Below the pieces are notes generated by a model. The model was not told where the DNA came from and did no database searches. It saw nothing but the letters and a program-made list of their open reading frames with translations. The position numbers were made by a program, and so were the translations under genes. This document shows, one piece after another, positions 48,004 to 58,960 of a DNA stretch of 64,000 bases (positions within the stretch are counted from its first letter, which is position 1; each line of letters opens with the position of its first letter). Origin of the DNA: Ascoidea asiatica JCM 7603. Its lineage: Eukaryota > Fungi > Ascomycota. The DNA lies in assembly GCA_001600695.1 (NCBI GenBank), contig BCKQ01000001.1, positions 2,324,680-2,388,679 on the forward strand. Reading direction: 5' to 3'.

Positions 48004-48455
48004 AACAGTTGATTTGAGCAAGGAACTTCAACAGGAGATAATAAAGGTAGTTGAAATAAAAACAATAGAAGCAAAAACGGAAGGGGAATTGAAAAGGGAA
48101 ATTTTAGAAAAAGAATATTTGAATATTGGAATATTTGAAGTGTGAAATGTGAAGTGTTTGATTCTTGCAGCAGTTGCTACACACCAGCAACGATAACATT
48201 AACATAACACTCTGAACAGCGCCAACAGTTTCAACAGCGTGAACTCTCAGCAAACAGGACAGCCGTGCACAGCCGTGTCCGTGGGCGGAAATCACCCATG
48301 GAAATGCACACACAGGAGCCACGGATGAGAGCAGAGCGTTGGAATGTCCAGCAGAAGTAGGCAAAGGGGCTCATGGAGACGCACCACAGCGTGAGCTATT
48401 TTTGTATTTACAAAGCGCCGGATTCAGACCAAAAAAAAAACGTATTGGGTGACAA

Positions 48456-48462
48456 TTACCCG
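48456..48462 (+). promoter_or_regulatory. Reb1-type site TTACCCG
   Basis: Exact motif between the p62 3' end and the RAX1 promoter island. Confidence 0.5.
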
Positions 48463-48618
48463 ATTAAGATTAGATGTATTTATATGCAATAAATGCAGAT
48501 CTACAAATACACACACATTGAAACCAAATCAATGGTAATACTTTAAATCCTCTCTAATTTGAATTTATTATTATTTGATTGAATAGTTTGTTGAATAGTT
48601 AAATAAATAATTTAATAA

Positions 48619-50874
48619 TCAAATATGATCCAAATGATCAGTAGTAACAAAATCATTTGAACTATCTGCTTCATTTATATTAATATCTGCCTTTGGTAAT
48701 TCCTTATTAACTCTTACAGTCCCCAAGTCTGCAATTATCCAAAATCCAAATGTACTATCCTCATCATTATCATTATTTTCCTTACTTTTATTTGTGATTT
48801 CAGTTTTTTTCTCTTTGATCTTATCATTCTCATCTTTATCTTTCTTACTATCTTTTTGAATATTTTTAATTACTTTAACACTAATAAAAATTGGAATTTT
48901 AAGTCTATAATCATAATCTTTAAAATTAGATAATTGAATATCTAATGGAACACAACACCAATTATCACCTTTATCAAATGGTTTATCATTAACACTTAAT
49001 AAATCAAATTTATTTTTAATTGGAGAAGTTGATGATGAATTGATTTCATTTGATTCATTAGTTTGACTAAATTCATTTGATAAATTATTTATTGAATTAT
49101 TTGAGGATAAATTATTTATGGATAAATCTCCAAAACTTTTAGTTGAATTGATTGAATTAATTGTTGAATTTTCATTTAAAATTAATTTATTAATTAATTC
49201 ATCATTTTTTGATTTAATTAAACTTCTTTTTTTTAATTCATTTCTACTTAATTTTGATAAATTTGGATTAATTTCAAAAGTTGGTATACTTTTTAAAAAA
49301 TTTTCAACTTTATTTAAATTATGTAAAATTTTATTTTTATCAATATCATCAATATCATCAATATTATTAATATTATTAAGATCTGAATTTAGAATATTAA
49401 TTTTACCATTAATTTTAAAATTTGAACATGGTAATGAAATTTTAGTCTTGAATAAATTATTTAAAATTGAATGAGTTGAAATTGAAATTTGTAAATTATA
49501 AGATAAATAATTATTTCTAAAAAAAATTAAATATCTAAAAGAATTTAAAGGTATTAAATTATAATTATAATTAAAATTTGAATTAATCAAAAATTTATAA
49601 TATTTTTTAATTAATTTATTATGTAATTTTAAAAAATTTGGAATTTTAATTAAATTTATAGTTGGTAAATAATTATAAGAATCAATATTTTTAATAAATT
49701 TAAAAGATTTTATATCATTTTCAGGTTTTATTAAGATATTATTACAAACTTTACATTTAAAAGATAATTTTGTTTTTAATTTTTTTGGTAAAGGTAATAA
49801 TGAAGAAATATTTTGATTTGCAATTTGATTTGAAGTTTCATTGGTTATATCAATATTGTTTTCATTATTATAAATTTTAAGAATATTTAAATTTGAAGTT
49901 AAGAAATTTAAATTTGATTTAATATATTGATTAAAAGATAAGAAATTTAAATTATTTTGAAATTTTGAAAAATTATTAATATTATTAATATCATTATTTT
50001 CATTAAATTTTTTTTTCATCTTATTATTATTATTACTATTTAAGTTTAAGTAAGACAAAGTTGAATTTGAATTTGAATTTAAATCATTTTGATTTGATAA
50101 TAAAAAAGAGGATAAACTTAAATTATTTTGAATTGATAAAGATTTAACAATTGAGAATTTTTTTTTATTTAAAATTTGATTTTTATTTTTAATTGAATAA
50201 AATTTTAATAAATTATTGAATTGAATATTATTTTCTAAATTTTTTAAATCATTTAAAAATAGATTAGATAATGATAAGTTTGAGTTTGAGTTTGGGTTTG
50301 AATTTGAATTAATGTTATGATTGAAATGATATTTATAAGAACAATAAGAACATTTGAAGTTATAAATAATTGAGTTATTAGTATTATTGTTATTATTATT
50401 ATTGTTACTTGAATTTTTATCTTTGGAAGTTGAAATTAATAAATTTGAATTACAAATTGGACAATCAAAACAATTTTTATTACAATAATTATTAATATTA
50501 TTAGTAGTAGTGGTAGAATTAGTATAGTTATTTGAATCAATTGAGATTGTAGTTAAACAAGTTGGACAATAATTTGAGATAATTTTGAAAGTTGTACATT
50601 TGGGACATCTTATTGATAAACATTTATCACAAAACAATAAATTTGATAATGGATACAATTGATTTGGATCATTGATTGTTTTTGGTAAGGAATGATCATT
50701 CAAATCATCTTGGTCTTGGTCTTGGTCCAGGTGTTGTTGTTGTTGTTGATGTTGAATTGTCTGAGAAGGAAAAGGAAAAGCAGAAGCAGAATCAGAATCT
50801 AAATATGAGTCGTCATCGTGGGTATCGATATCGTTGATTGATTCTGAGCAAGGGCAAAATATATAAACAGACAT
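48619..50874 (-). CDS. Dynactin p62 subunit (DCTN4 / ropy-2 family)
   Basis: V.I.CPC ... LYPLSNLLFCDKC..IRCPKC......YCP.CL ... C.KNCFDCPIC...L ... C.YC.Y, and LP....L.TK....C..C...L.KPE. ATG is at 50874; the track start is TTG. Confidence 0.85.
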   Translation of the reverse strand: MSVYIFCPCSESINDIDTHDDDSYLDSDSASAFPFPSQTIQHQQQQQHLDQDQDQDDLNDHSLPKTINDPNQLYPLSNLLFCDKCLSIRCPKCTTFKIISNYCPTCLTTISIDSNNYTNSTTTTNNINNYCNKNCFDCPICNSNLLISTSKDKNSSNNNNNNNNTNNSIIYNFKCSYCSYKYHFNHNINSNSNPNSNSNLSLSNLFLNDLKNLENNIQFNNLLKFYSIKNKNQILNKKKFSIVKSLSIQNNLSLSSFLLSNQNDLNSNSNSTLSYLNLNSNNNNKMKKKFNENNDINNINNFSKFQNNLNFLSFNQYIKSNLNFLTSNLNILKIYNNENNIDITNETSNQIANQNISSLLPLPKKLKTKLSFKCKVCNNILIKPENDIKSFKFIKNIDSYNYLPTINLIKIPNFLKLHNKLIKKYYKFLINSNFNYNYNLIPLNSFRYLIFFRNNYLSYNLQISISTHSILNNLFKTKISLPCSNFKINGKINILNSDLNNINNIDDIDDIDKNKILHNLNKVENFLKSIPTFEINPNLSKLSRNELKKRSLIKSKNDELINKLILNENSTINSINSTKSFGDLSINNLSSNNSINNLSNEFSQTNESNEINSSSTSPIKNKFDLLSVNDKPFDKGDNWCCVPLDIQLSNFKDYDYRLKIPIFISVKVIKNIQKDSKKDKDENDKIKEKKTEITNKSKENNDNDEDSTFGFWIIADLGTVRVNKELPKADININEADSSNDFVTTDHLDHI

Positions 50875-51023
50875 GTAATTATCATGGAGAAGTGACTTGT
50901 TTCCTCTGATCAATTCTTGATTCAATGCTTGATACAATAATGCTGCTATATTCAATTGTTTATTCAATTGTTTATTCAATTGTTTATTTTATTGTTTATC
51001 TCACCACTAATATATTTCCTTTA

Positions 51024-51058
<35 letters not shown>

Positions 51059-51111
51059 GCATTCCTCAAAGGTAGTTTTGGTGGCGAGTGCCCTGGAAAG
51101 TTAGCGCTGAC

Positions 51112-51126
51112 TTACCCGGACACGTG
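51112..51126 (+). promoter_or_regulatory. Adjacent Reb1-type (TTACCCGG) and E-box (CACGTG) sites upstream of the snoRNA host, shared with p62
   Basis: Exact motifs one base apart. Confidence 0.6.
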
Positions 51127-51131
51127 CACAA

Positions 51132-51167
51132 CACAAACACAAACACAAACACAAACACAAACACAAA
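51132..51167 (+). repeat. (CACAAA)x6 microsatellite
   Basis: Seen directly. Confidence 0.85.
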
Positions 51168-51280
51168 CTCATCGATATAAAAACAGAAAGGTGTTTTTGT
51201 TCTACTTCACCAGATAATAAAACACAAATGTATTTGCTGTATTTTATGCCAGGAACACAAAAACAAAGATTCAAATAAAG

Positions 51281-51537
51281 GTATGTTTTTTCTCGTTCTT
51301 CTCTTGCTTTGCTCTCTGCTGATTGATTGAAATATGTTTCCCTGATGATCACGAGTAAAGATTACTCCATTTATATAAACCCAGCTCTTCGAAATTTTTT
51401 GTTATATGAGACTACACTTACTATCTGACATTCATATTTTCAATCTTCCATATTCATTATCTGATAATATCCAATAATTTTAAGCAAATTACTAACAAAT
51501 TATCTTCAAACTTCAATCAAGTTCATTCTCTTTATAG
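51281..51537 (+). other. snoRNA-hosting spliceosomal intron in a non-coding transcript or in the MTO1 5' leader
   Basis: AAG|GTATGT donor at 51281, perfect TACTAAC at 51490-51496, pyrimidine tract and TAG ending 51537 (alternative AAG ending 51521). The flanking exons have no meaningful ORF. Confidence 0.8.
51338..51431 (+). ncRNA. SNR69: Box C/D snoRNA, snR69 homologue (2'-O-methylation guide for 25S rRNA Cm2948, S. cerevisiae numbering)
   Basis: Box C TGATGA 51343-51348; guide TAAACCCAGCTC 51376-51387, perfectly complementary to conserved LSU GAGCUGGGUUUA; D' TCGA 51389-51392, where the D+5 rule lands on the C of GAGCU; C'-like ATGAGA at 51406; box D CTGA 51425-51428. Ends are approximate. 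Confidence 0.88.
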
Positions 51538-51825
51538 ATTCTTAATAAATATTTCTCTTTTTTCTTTCATCCTTTAGTCGTAGAAAATAAAGAATATCCA
51601 CCATTAACGTTATTTTTCAAGATCCCGTTAGTGAAAATTTGGCAATTTTTCATTTAATGTTAAGTTACTTTTCTAATTATCTTGATTGGAAATTTACTCG
51701 TTTTTGATAATTAATGAATAAATAATAGTAACTTAAAATAGAATTTATAATACTTCTTCATATTCAAATCCAATATCAAATAGCATTGATATTATTAATT
51801 GCAAATATTAATAATAATAATAATA

Positions 51826-52347
51826 ATGTTTGTTACTTTAAAAAATATTTCAGGTATAAAGTCTTATCGACATAATTTAAATATAATTTTCAAAAGAAAT
51901 ATATTTATAAATTCTGATTTACAATCTCAATTAAATAATTTACCTTTACATCCTGTTGTTGTAATTGGTGGTGGTCATGCTGGTTGTGAAGCTGCTGCTG
52001 CTTCTGCGAGATCTGGTACCAAAACAACTTTAATTACAACTGATTTATTAAAAATTGGTACTTGTTCATGTAATCCATCAATTGGTGGTGTTGGTAAAGG
52101 TACTTTAGTTAAAGAAATTGATGCTTTAGATGGTTTAATGGCTAAAGTTTCTGATAAAGCTGGTATTCAATTTAAAATGTTAAATAAATCAAGAGGTCCT
52201 GCTGTTTATGGTCCAAGAGTTCAAATTGATAGAAAAATTTATTTAAATGAAATGCAAAATATTTTATCTAATTATAAAAATTTAAATTTATTACAATCAA
52301 ATGTTAAAGATATTATTATCGACCCTAATCCTATTTATCCCAATCCT

Positions 52348-52388
<41 letters not shown>

Positions 52389-53895
52389 TACCTACAAAAA
52401 TTCAATTAAAGGTATACTATTAGATAATGGTAATTTAATTAATACAAATAATATAATTATAACAACTGGAACTTTTTTATCTTCTGAATTACATATAGGT
52501 TTAAAAATTATACCAAAATTCGGTAGAATTGATGATAAATCTTCTTCTGGAATCTCATTAACTTTAAAAGATATTGGTTTTAAATTAGGTAGATTAAAAA
52601 CTGGTACTCCTCCAAGATTATTAAAAGATTCAATCAATTTTAAAAATTTAAAAATTCAATATGGTGATGATCCTGCAATTCCAATGTCCTTTATGAATGA
52701 TTCTATACCAATTGGTGAAAAAAATCAATTAAATTGTTTTGAAACTTATACAAATATTAATGTTCATAATTATATTAAAAAAAATTTTCATAATTCAATT
52801 CATATTAGAGAATCTATTAAAGGTCCAAGATATTGTCCATCTTTAGAATCAAAAATCAAAAAATTTGAAAATGTTAATTCTCATAAAATTTGGCTTGAAC
52901 CTGAAGGTTTAAATAATAATATTATTTATCCAAATGGTATTTCAAATACAATGCCTGAAGATATTCAATTAAATTTTTTAAAAATGATTAATGGTCTTGA
53001 AAATGTTAAAATGATTCAACCTGCATATGGTGTTGAATATGATTATATTAATCCAAAAGAATTATTTTCAACTCTTGAAACTAAATTAGTTAAAGGTTTA
53101 TATCTTGCTGGTCAAATTAATGGTACTACTGGTTATGAAGAAGCTGCTGCTCAAGGTTGTATTGCTGGTATTAATGCTGGTTTATCTTTTCAAAATAAAA
53201 CTCCTTTAAAAATTTTAAGATCTCAAGCTTATATTGGTGTTTTAATAGATGATTTAATAACAAAAGGTGTAACTGAACCATATAGAATGTTTACTGCAAG
53301 ATCTGAATTTAGAATTTCAATACGTTCTGACAATGCTGATAAAAGATTAACTGAATTAGGTTATAAAAATGGTATAATTTCAAATGAAAGATGGTTAAGA
53401 TATTCAAATGATAAAATTATTATTGATTATTTAACAAATATTTTAAAAAATTGTTATTTAAATCCAAATTTATGGTCAAAAAATCTTGGAATAATTGTTT
53501 CAAATGATGGTAAAAAAAGATCTGCTTATGATATGCTTTCTTTTAAAAATGTTTCAATTAATGACTTAATTTCAATTGCTTTTAAAGAAATTAAAAAAAA
53601 TTATATTTTACCTCCAAAAAGAATTTTAGATAAAATTGAAATTGAAGGAAAATATTTACCTTATCTTATTAAAGAAAAACAATACATTCATGCTTTTGAA
53701 AAAGATGAAAATTTAATTTTACCAATAAATTTTGATTATAAAAAATTAAGTACATGTTTAAGTAATGAAGTTATAAGTTTACTTAATGATGTTCAACCAC
53801 AAACTTTAGGTCAAGCAAGAAGAATTCAAGGTATAACACCTGTTGCTTGTTTCGAATTATATAGATTGATTAAAATCAATAACACTCAATTGTAA
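51826..53895 (+). CDS. MTO1: Mitochondrial tRNA U34 modification enzyme Mto1 (GidA/MnmG family)
   Basis: [51 protein letters not shown] and [20 protein letters not shown] is at 51826. A Puf3-type TGTAAATA overlaps the stop (53891-53898). Confidence 0.97.
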
Positions 53896-54230
53896 ATAAT
53901 GTTTTTCTTTTAAATTTGTAATATATATTATAAAACGCTCGATTACAAATATTCAATTAATAAATATTCCTTTCCTAATGATTTTTTCTATTCTTTTTTA
54001 ATTTTTTTTTTTATTATTTTACTCTTCTACTTACAATTCTTTTCAAAAAAATTGAATAAAAAAAAAAGTATCTATTAAATTCTAGATTGAAATAGTTTAG
54101 AATTCTAAAATTAAAGATATATAACTGACTATAGGAATTCACAAAAAAAGTATATCATCTAAATGCTATCATTCTGAATTTGATTAATATTTTGACCAAC
54201 ATTAATTGTTTTATAGATATTTAAATTAAT

Positions 54231-54615
54231 TTATCTTTTTATAGGTACACCATTAATTTTAGTTTCTGGAGAAGATTCAGGATCAGTTTCAACTTCACTT
54301 TCTTCATTGATATGTCTATCTCTCATGAACATCAAAAGTGGAACAGCATTTGAGGCAAATATTTTTGGTACTGGAAATGAAGCTATTAAACCTGTAAGAG
54401 CTCCAAGAGCTGGTAAAGTTGCTAAATGAGCAACATAAGCAGAATTTCCTGGTATTTCTTTAATTTTATTAGAAATTTCTGGAGTAGAAGATTGAGGTAA
54501 ACTAAAAAAAAATTAAAGAAAGATATTTGTTAGTTATAAGATTATTTGCTTAAATTGAATAAAAAATAGAGTCAAGCGCCAATATAATATAAAACACATA
54601 CGTAGCTGAAGACAT
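54231..54615 (-). CDS. Unannotated 94-aa hypothetical membrane-associated protein; complement(join(54231..54501,54602..54615))
   Basis: AAAAATG TCT TCA GCT AC|GTATGT...AACTAAC...TTTTTTTAG|T TTA CCT... is open to TAA at 54231. Protein: MSSATLPQSSTPEISNKIKEIPGNSAYVAHLATLPALGALTGLIASFPVPKIFASNAVPLLMFMRDRHINEESEVETDPESSPETKINGVPIKR. Codon usage is typical of the window's genes. Confidence 0.8.
54502..54601 (-). other. Spliceosomal intron (100 nt)
   Basis: GTATGT donor, AACTAAC branch at 54535-54529, poly-T tract and TAG acceptor. Confidence 0.85.
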
Positions 54616-55018
54616 TTTTAAAAAATATAAAATATAGAATTAAGTATCTAAATTAAGTTAAAGATTATTTTATTTTAAATTATTTTATATTATTAACTTG
54701 TTTTTTTATATAAATATAGACAAAATTATAATTAAGTATAAATATATTACTCAAAAGATGAAATTTTTAAAATATAAAATGAATTTATAAAAGAAAGAGA
54801 AAACGAAAAGAAAACTTATAAAACATGTATTAAATCAGTTTTGGAGAAGGATACTCAAATTGAAATTCCTTTCCCAGTTTGTGTTACTTGAAGAAAGAGT
54901 TCTTGCTGGCTGCGGGTGAGCACAGAAACATAAAAGCTCCAAGGCGAGAGAGGCAATGATCATGAACAAAAAGATAATCAGAAAGACGACAGAGACGACA
55001 GAAACGATCTTCTTGTGT

Positions 55019-56111
55019 TTATTTCACGGCTTTGGGTTCAGTGACAGCAGGTTTTGCCCATCCGAAAAAAAGCTGACCCACAGGGAGTCTGAGAGCAGCA
55101 GGAACCTCGTCCAATTGAAGATTTCCAAGATCTATCTCAGAAGTTTTATCTGTTTTTGTTTCTTTGTTGAAACTGTTTTTCTTCTCTCTTGAAGGTCTTG
55201 CTCGTTTGTTTGTTAACTTTTGGCCTTTTCCAGAAAATGCATCTTGTTTACTACCAGTTCCAGGTTTTAATAATTCTGCATATTTTATTTGTTTTGACAT
55301 GATATTTCTATTACCAGAATTTATAGCTCTTCCTGAACTTGAACTTTTATTTTGACTATAATCAGGTTCAACATAACCAACTGGAGCATCAAAATCAGTT
55401 TGTAAATCAGTTTCCACGACACAAATACTATTATAACTTGATTTAGGTTTAACTTCAAGAACTTTGACTCTAAAAACTGTATCATTATAATTAAATTCAA
55501 AAATATCATTAACAGATAATGTTGAAAAATTTCTTAAAGCAGTTTCTAAAACTGCTTTTGGATTTGAAATATCTAAAAAATCAACAGATTGTGGTTGAAA
55601 TTTAACAAAATTTCCAAGAGGTAAATCACTACAACTTGAAATTTTAATTAAAGATCCAGGTTCAATCTTTAATGTTACAATCATCCATTGTGGTATATAA
55701 GCTCTACCTTCTTCAGCGGTAAATTCTAAAACACCACTATGAGTTTTAATTTCTTCATTTGTTTCAATATCAATAAAATTTTCATTAACTAGCTCAAAAA
55801 GCATTGGATATCGAATTTGTAATCTTGTTAATTTGTTAAGTGCACTTGGTGGTAAAAATATTTTACCTCCATAATTTGCAAAATCTTTTCTTGAAGAATC
55901 TTGCATCATTGCAATGGGATAACATCTAAAAAAGTCTTCAAACTGATCATTTTGATTTGGCATTGAAAATCCTCCAAAATCTCCAAATGATGGAAATGGG
56001 AACTAATATAAATCCATTAAAAAATAAATAATATATCATTTTGTTAGTTTTATCCAGTTAGTCAGTCAGAAGTTCAAAGAATATTTGAAAAGAGAATAGC
56101 AAACATACCAT
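55019..56111 (-). CDS. UFD1: Cdc48 cofactor Ufd1; complement(join(55019..56002,56109..56111)), 328 aa
   Basis: FEDFFRCYPIAMM, NYGGKIFLPPSALNKL, THSGVLEF.AEEGR.Y.PQWM, DF..PVGYVEPDY and LP.GQLFFG. An ATG-only first exon gives MFPFPSFGDFGGFSMP (compare S. cerevisiae MFSGFSSFGGGNGF..MP). Confidence 0.95.
56003..56108 (-). other. Spliceosomal intron (106 nt) directly after the UFD1 start codon
   Basis: ATG|GTATGT donor, branch candidates GACTAAC (56063-56057) and AACTAAC (56049-56043), TAG acceptor; in frame. Confidence 0.9.
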
Positions 56112-56409
56112 GATTGAAAATAGAATATAAAAAACTATCAAATGATTTAATATCCCTAGCTTTTAGGAAATAGTTAGATATTGAGTAATTAGTTAAAATA
56201 TTGGTTCTTGGTAAAAAGTTTATAAAGAATTTCTTGTACTTCTTGCATTTCTTGTATTCTTTATCTTCTTCTTATTCTTGTCTTTTGATTTAAAACTAAC
56301 TTTCTGGTAAAGGCTAACGACTATCGGTGATAACCAACCTAAGTCCCGCGACTACACTCTAACACGAGCTTTAGTATTAACACTACCATTATTAACGTTG
56401 CTCCTGCCG

Positions 56410-56418
56410 TTTGCCGCC
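56410..56418 (-). promoter_or_regulatory. Rpn4/PACE-like site GGCGGCAAA upstream of UFD1
   Basis: One mismatch from GGTGGCAAA, about 300 nt upstream of a ubiquitin-proteasome gene. Confidence 0.5.
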
Positions 56419-56860
56419 CAGAAGTCCAAAGTCTCTACAAATAAGTAATGTAACTATTGAAAACAATGCTGTTTTATTCAAGAAAGATTATAAAAGTAGA
56501 TTTACAGAAATAAAGGAATAGAATAAATATGATATGATAAAAAAAAAAGGTCGTTCCCTTATGAATAGTTTGAATAATAAAAATGGTTTTCCTCAAAAGT
56601 ATTTCAAATTTGAATATCATGTCTTTTTTTACATTTTAGAGACTCTTTTAATATTCTAATATTTATTTTCTAAATTTTTTTTTTTTTTTTTTTTCAATTT
56701 CTGACATCTCTAAATTAGAATTTTTTAATTGGAATAATTTTATTGTCTTATTTTATGGAATAACAATGAATATTAGTAATAGAGATTAATATCAATAAAA
56801 AATATTGGTTAAATAATTAAATGATTCAATGATTTAATATTTTATTTCAGCGCTTTTTTA

Positions 56861-58960
56861 TTAATGTTTTCCATGAGTACGTTTATGACGTAGGATCGCC
56901 TGGTTTTTTTCAACTTCAGCGTCAAATACAATAAATTCATCTAAACCTTTTCCAGCAGGAACCATTGGTAAAACAGGTACTTTTTTTTCAACTTCAACTT
57001 CTAATAAAATTGGTCCATCTCTGTAATCTAAAAATTCATTTAATTTATCAGTCATTTCTTCTTGTTTTATTAATCTTATACCTTTAACACCCATTGCATC
57101 AGCTAATTTCATAAAATCTGGATTTGATTGATGAGTATGAGAATAACGATGTTCATAGAATAATGATTGCCACTGAGTAACCATACCTTGCTCTTCATTA
57201 TTTAAAATAATAATTTTAACAGGTGCATTAGCTTGAACAGCAGATGATAATTCTGTTAAAGTCATATTGAATGATGCATCACCATCAATATCTATAACAT
57301 TTGCATTTGGTTTCGCAATTTGTGCACCAATTGCAGCAGGTAAACCAAAACCCATAGTACCTAAACCACCGGAAGTTATCATTGTTCTTGGTTTTGTCCA
57401 TTGAAAATGTTGTGCAGTCCACATTTGATGTTGTCCAACACCTGTTGTTATAATAGTTTCAATATTTTTTCTTTCATTACATAATTTTGATAATTCAGAT
57501 ATTAAAGTTTGTGGTTTTATTTTTCCACCAGGAATTTCTTTTTGATAAGAATATGGATATTTTTTTTTCCAATTATTAATTTGATTAAACCATTCTTTTC
57601 TTTCTTTGACTGGATTTATTAAAGGAATAAAAGTTGAAAGATTATCAGTTACGTCACCTTCTATAGCTTCAGTTGCATCAACAACTTTATTTATATTTTT
57701 TGGAGAAATTTCAAAATGTATAATACCACCTCTATTTTGAGATTCAGCTAATTTTGCTTGAGGAGCAAATTTTGAAAGACTACCAGTAACTCTATCATCA
57801 AATCTTGCACCTAAAGCAATAATTAAATCAGAATTTTGAATTGCTAAATTTGCAAAAGCAGAACCATGCATGCCTAACATATCTAAAGATTTTGGATCAT
57901 TTTGATCAAAAGAACCTAAAGCTTGTATGGTTGTTGTTACTGGAATTTGAGCTTTTTCAGATAATTCTTTTAATAATTTTGGACCATTTGGATTATTTAA
58001 AATTCCTGCACCAACATATAAAATTGGTTTTTTTGAAATATTTAATAAATTTGCAGCTCTTTTAATTGAATTTTTAACAAATTCAGTTGCAGTATGATTT
58101 GTAATTTTTGATAACATTTTTGAAGGTATAGTTGATTTTATTGGAATTGGATCTCTTAAAATTGCAGCAGTTACATCTTTTGGTAAATCAACTAAAACTG
58201 GACCAGGTCTACCAGTTGTTGCAATTTCAAAAGCTTCATTAATTCTTCTTGGTAATTCAGAAACAGATTTTACCATAACATTCCATTTTGTACAAGATCT
58301 TGATATACCAATAACATCAGCTTCTTGAAAAGCATCAGTACCAATTGCAGAAGTTGGAACTTGACCACTAAAAACAACTAAAGGTACACCATCAGCTAAA
58401 GCATCAGCCATTGGAGTTATAACATTGGTTGCACCAGGACCACTTGTAACTAATACAACCCCAGGTTTTGAAGAAGCTCTTGCATAACCTTCAGCCATAT
58501 GACCAGCACCTTGTTCATGTTTTGGTAAAACAAAATTAAAATGTGGAGATTGATAAATTGCATCATAAACAGGTAAAATTGCACCACCTGGATAACCAAA
58601 AACAGTATCAACATTATGACGTAACATCATTTGATGAAATATTTGACCACCAGTTAAACCAATTAAAGAATAATCCATTTCTGGATTATTACCTTGAATT
58701 GATTTAGATGAATTTTTAGAATTTAAAGGTTGAATATCATTTTTATTGTTATTAATATTATTATTAGTAGATTGATTAAAAGCAGGAGCAGGATTTGGAC
58801 GAGTGGCAGTTGCAGAAGAATTATAACGTATTGAAAAATTTAAAGATATATTTATATTTGAATTTGAATAAATTTTTGAATTATTTATAGAACTATTTAT
58901 TAAATTTTTTGAAAATTTTGTAAAAGGCTTATTTCTACAATATGTAAAAGATTTAAGCAT
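56861..58960 (-). CDS. ILV2: Acetolactate synthase catalytic subunit, mitochondrial
   Basis: VFGYPGGAILPVYDAI, HEQGAGHMAEGYARAS, TSGPGATN, TGVGQHQMW and the ThDP motif GDASFNM...LNNEEQGMV.QWQ, after a presequence. Confidence 0.98.
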   Translation of the reverse strand: MLKSFTYCRNKPFTKFSKNLINSSINNSKIYSNSNINISLNFSIRYNSSATATRPNPAPAFNQSTNNNINNNKNDIQPLNSKNSSKSIQGNNPEMDYSLIGLTGGQIFHQMMLRHNVDTVFGYPGGAILPVYDAIYQSPHFNFVLPKHEQGAGHMAEGYARASSKPGVVLVTSGPGATNVITPMADALADGVPLVVFSGQVPTSAIGTDAFQEADVIGISRSCTKWNVMVKSVSELPRRINEAFEIATTGRPGPVLVDLPKDVTAAILRDPIPIKSTIPSKMLSKITNHTATEFVKNSIKRAANLLNISKKPILYVGAGILNNPNGPKLLKELSEKAQIPVTTTIQALGSFDQNDPKSLDMLGMHGSAFANLAIQNSDLIIALGARFDDRVTGSLSKFAPQAKLAESQNRGGIIHFEISPKNINKVVDATEAIEGDVTDNLSTFIPLINPVKERKEWFNQINNWKKKYPYSYQKEIPGGKIKPQTLISELSKLCNERKNIETIITTGVGQHQMWTAQHFQWTKPRTMITSGGLGTMGFGLPAAIGAQIAKPNANVIDIDGDASFNMTLTELSSAVQANAPVKIIILNNEEQGMVTQWQSLFYEHRYSHTHQSNPDFMKLADAMGVKGIRLIKQEEMTDKLNEFLDYRDGPILLEVEVEKKVPVLPMVPAGKGLDEFIVFDAEVEKNQAILRHKRTHGKH

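Noticed and set aside
51411-51419. ACTACACTT before box D of the snoRNA is complementary to the U2 branch-recognition region AAGUGUAGU
   Set aside because: Only 9 bp, and the pairing stops one base short of the D+5 position, so it does not fit a methylation guide.
54231-54615. Initial idea that the small spliced gene is QCR10 or SCM4 (the S. cerevisiae neighbour of UFD1)
   Set aside because: The translated sequence shows no similarity to either as I recall them.
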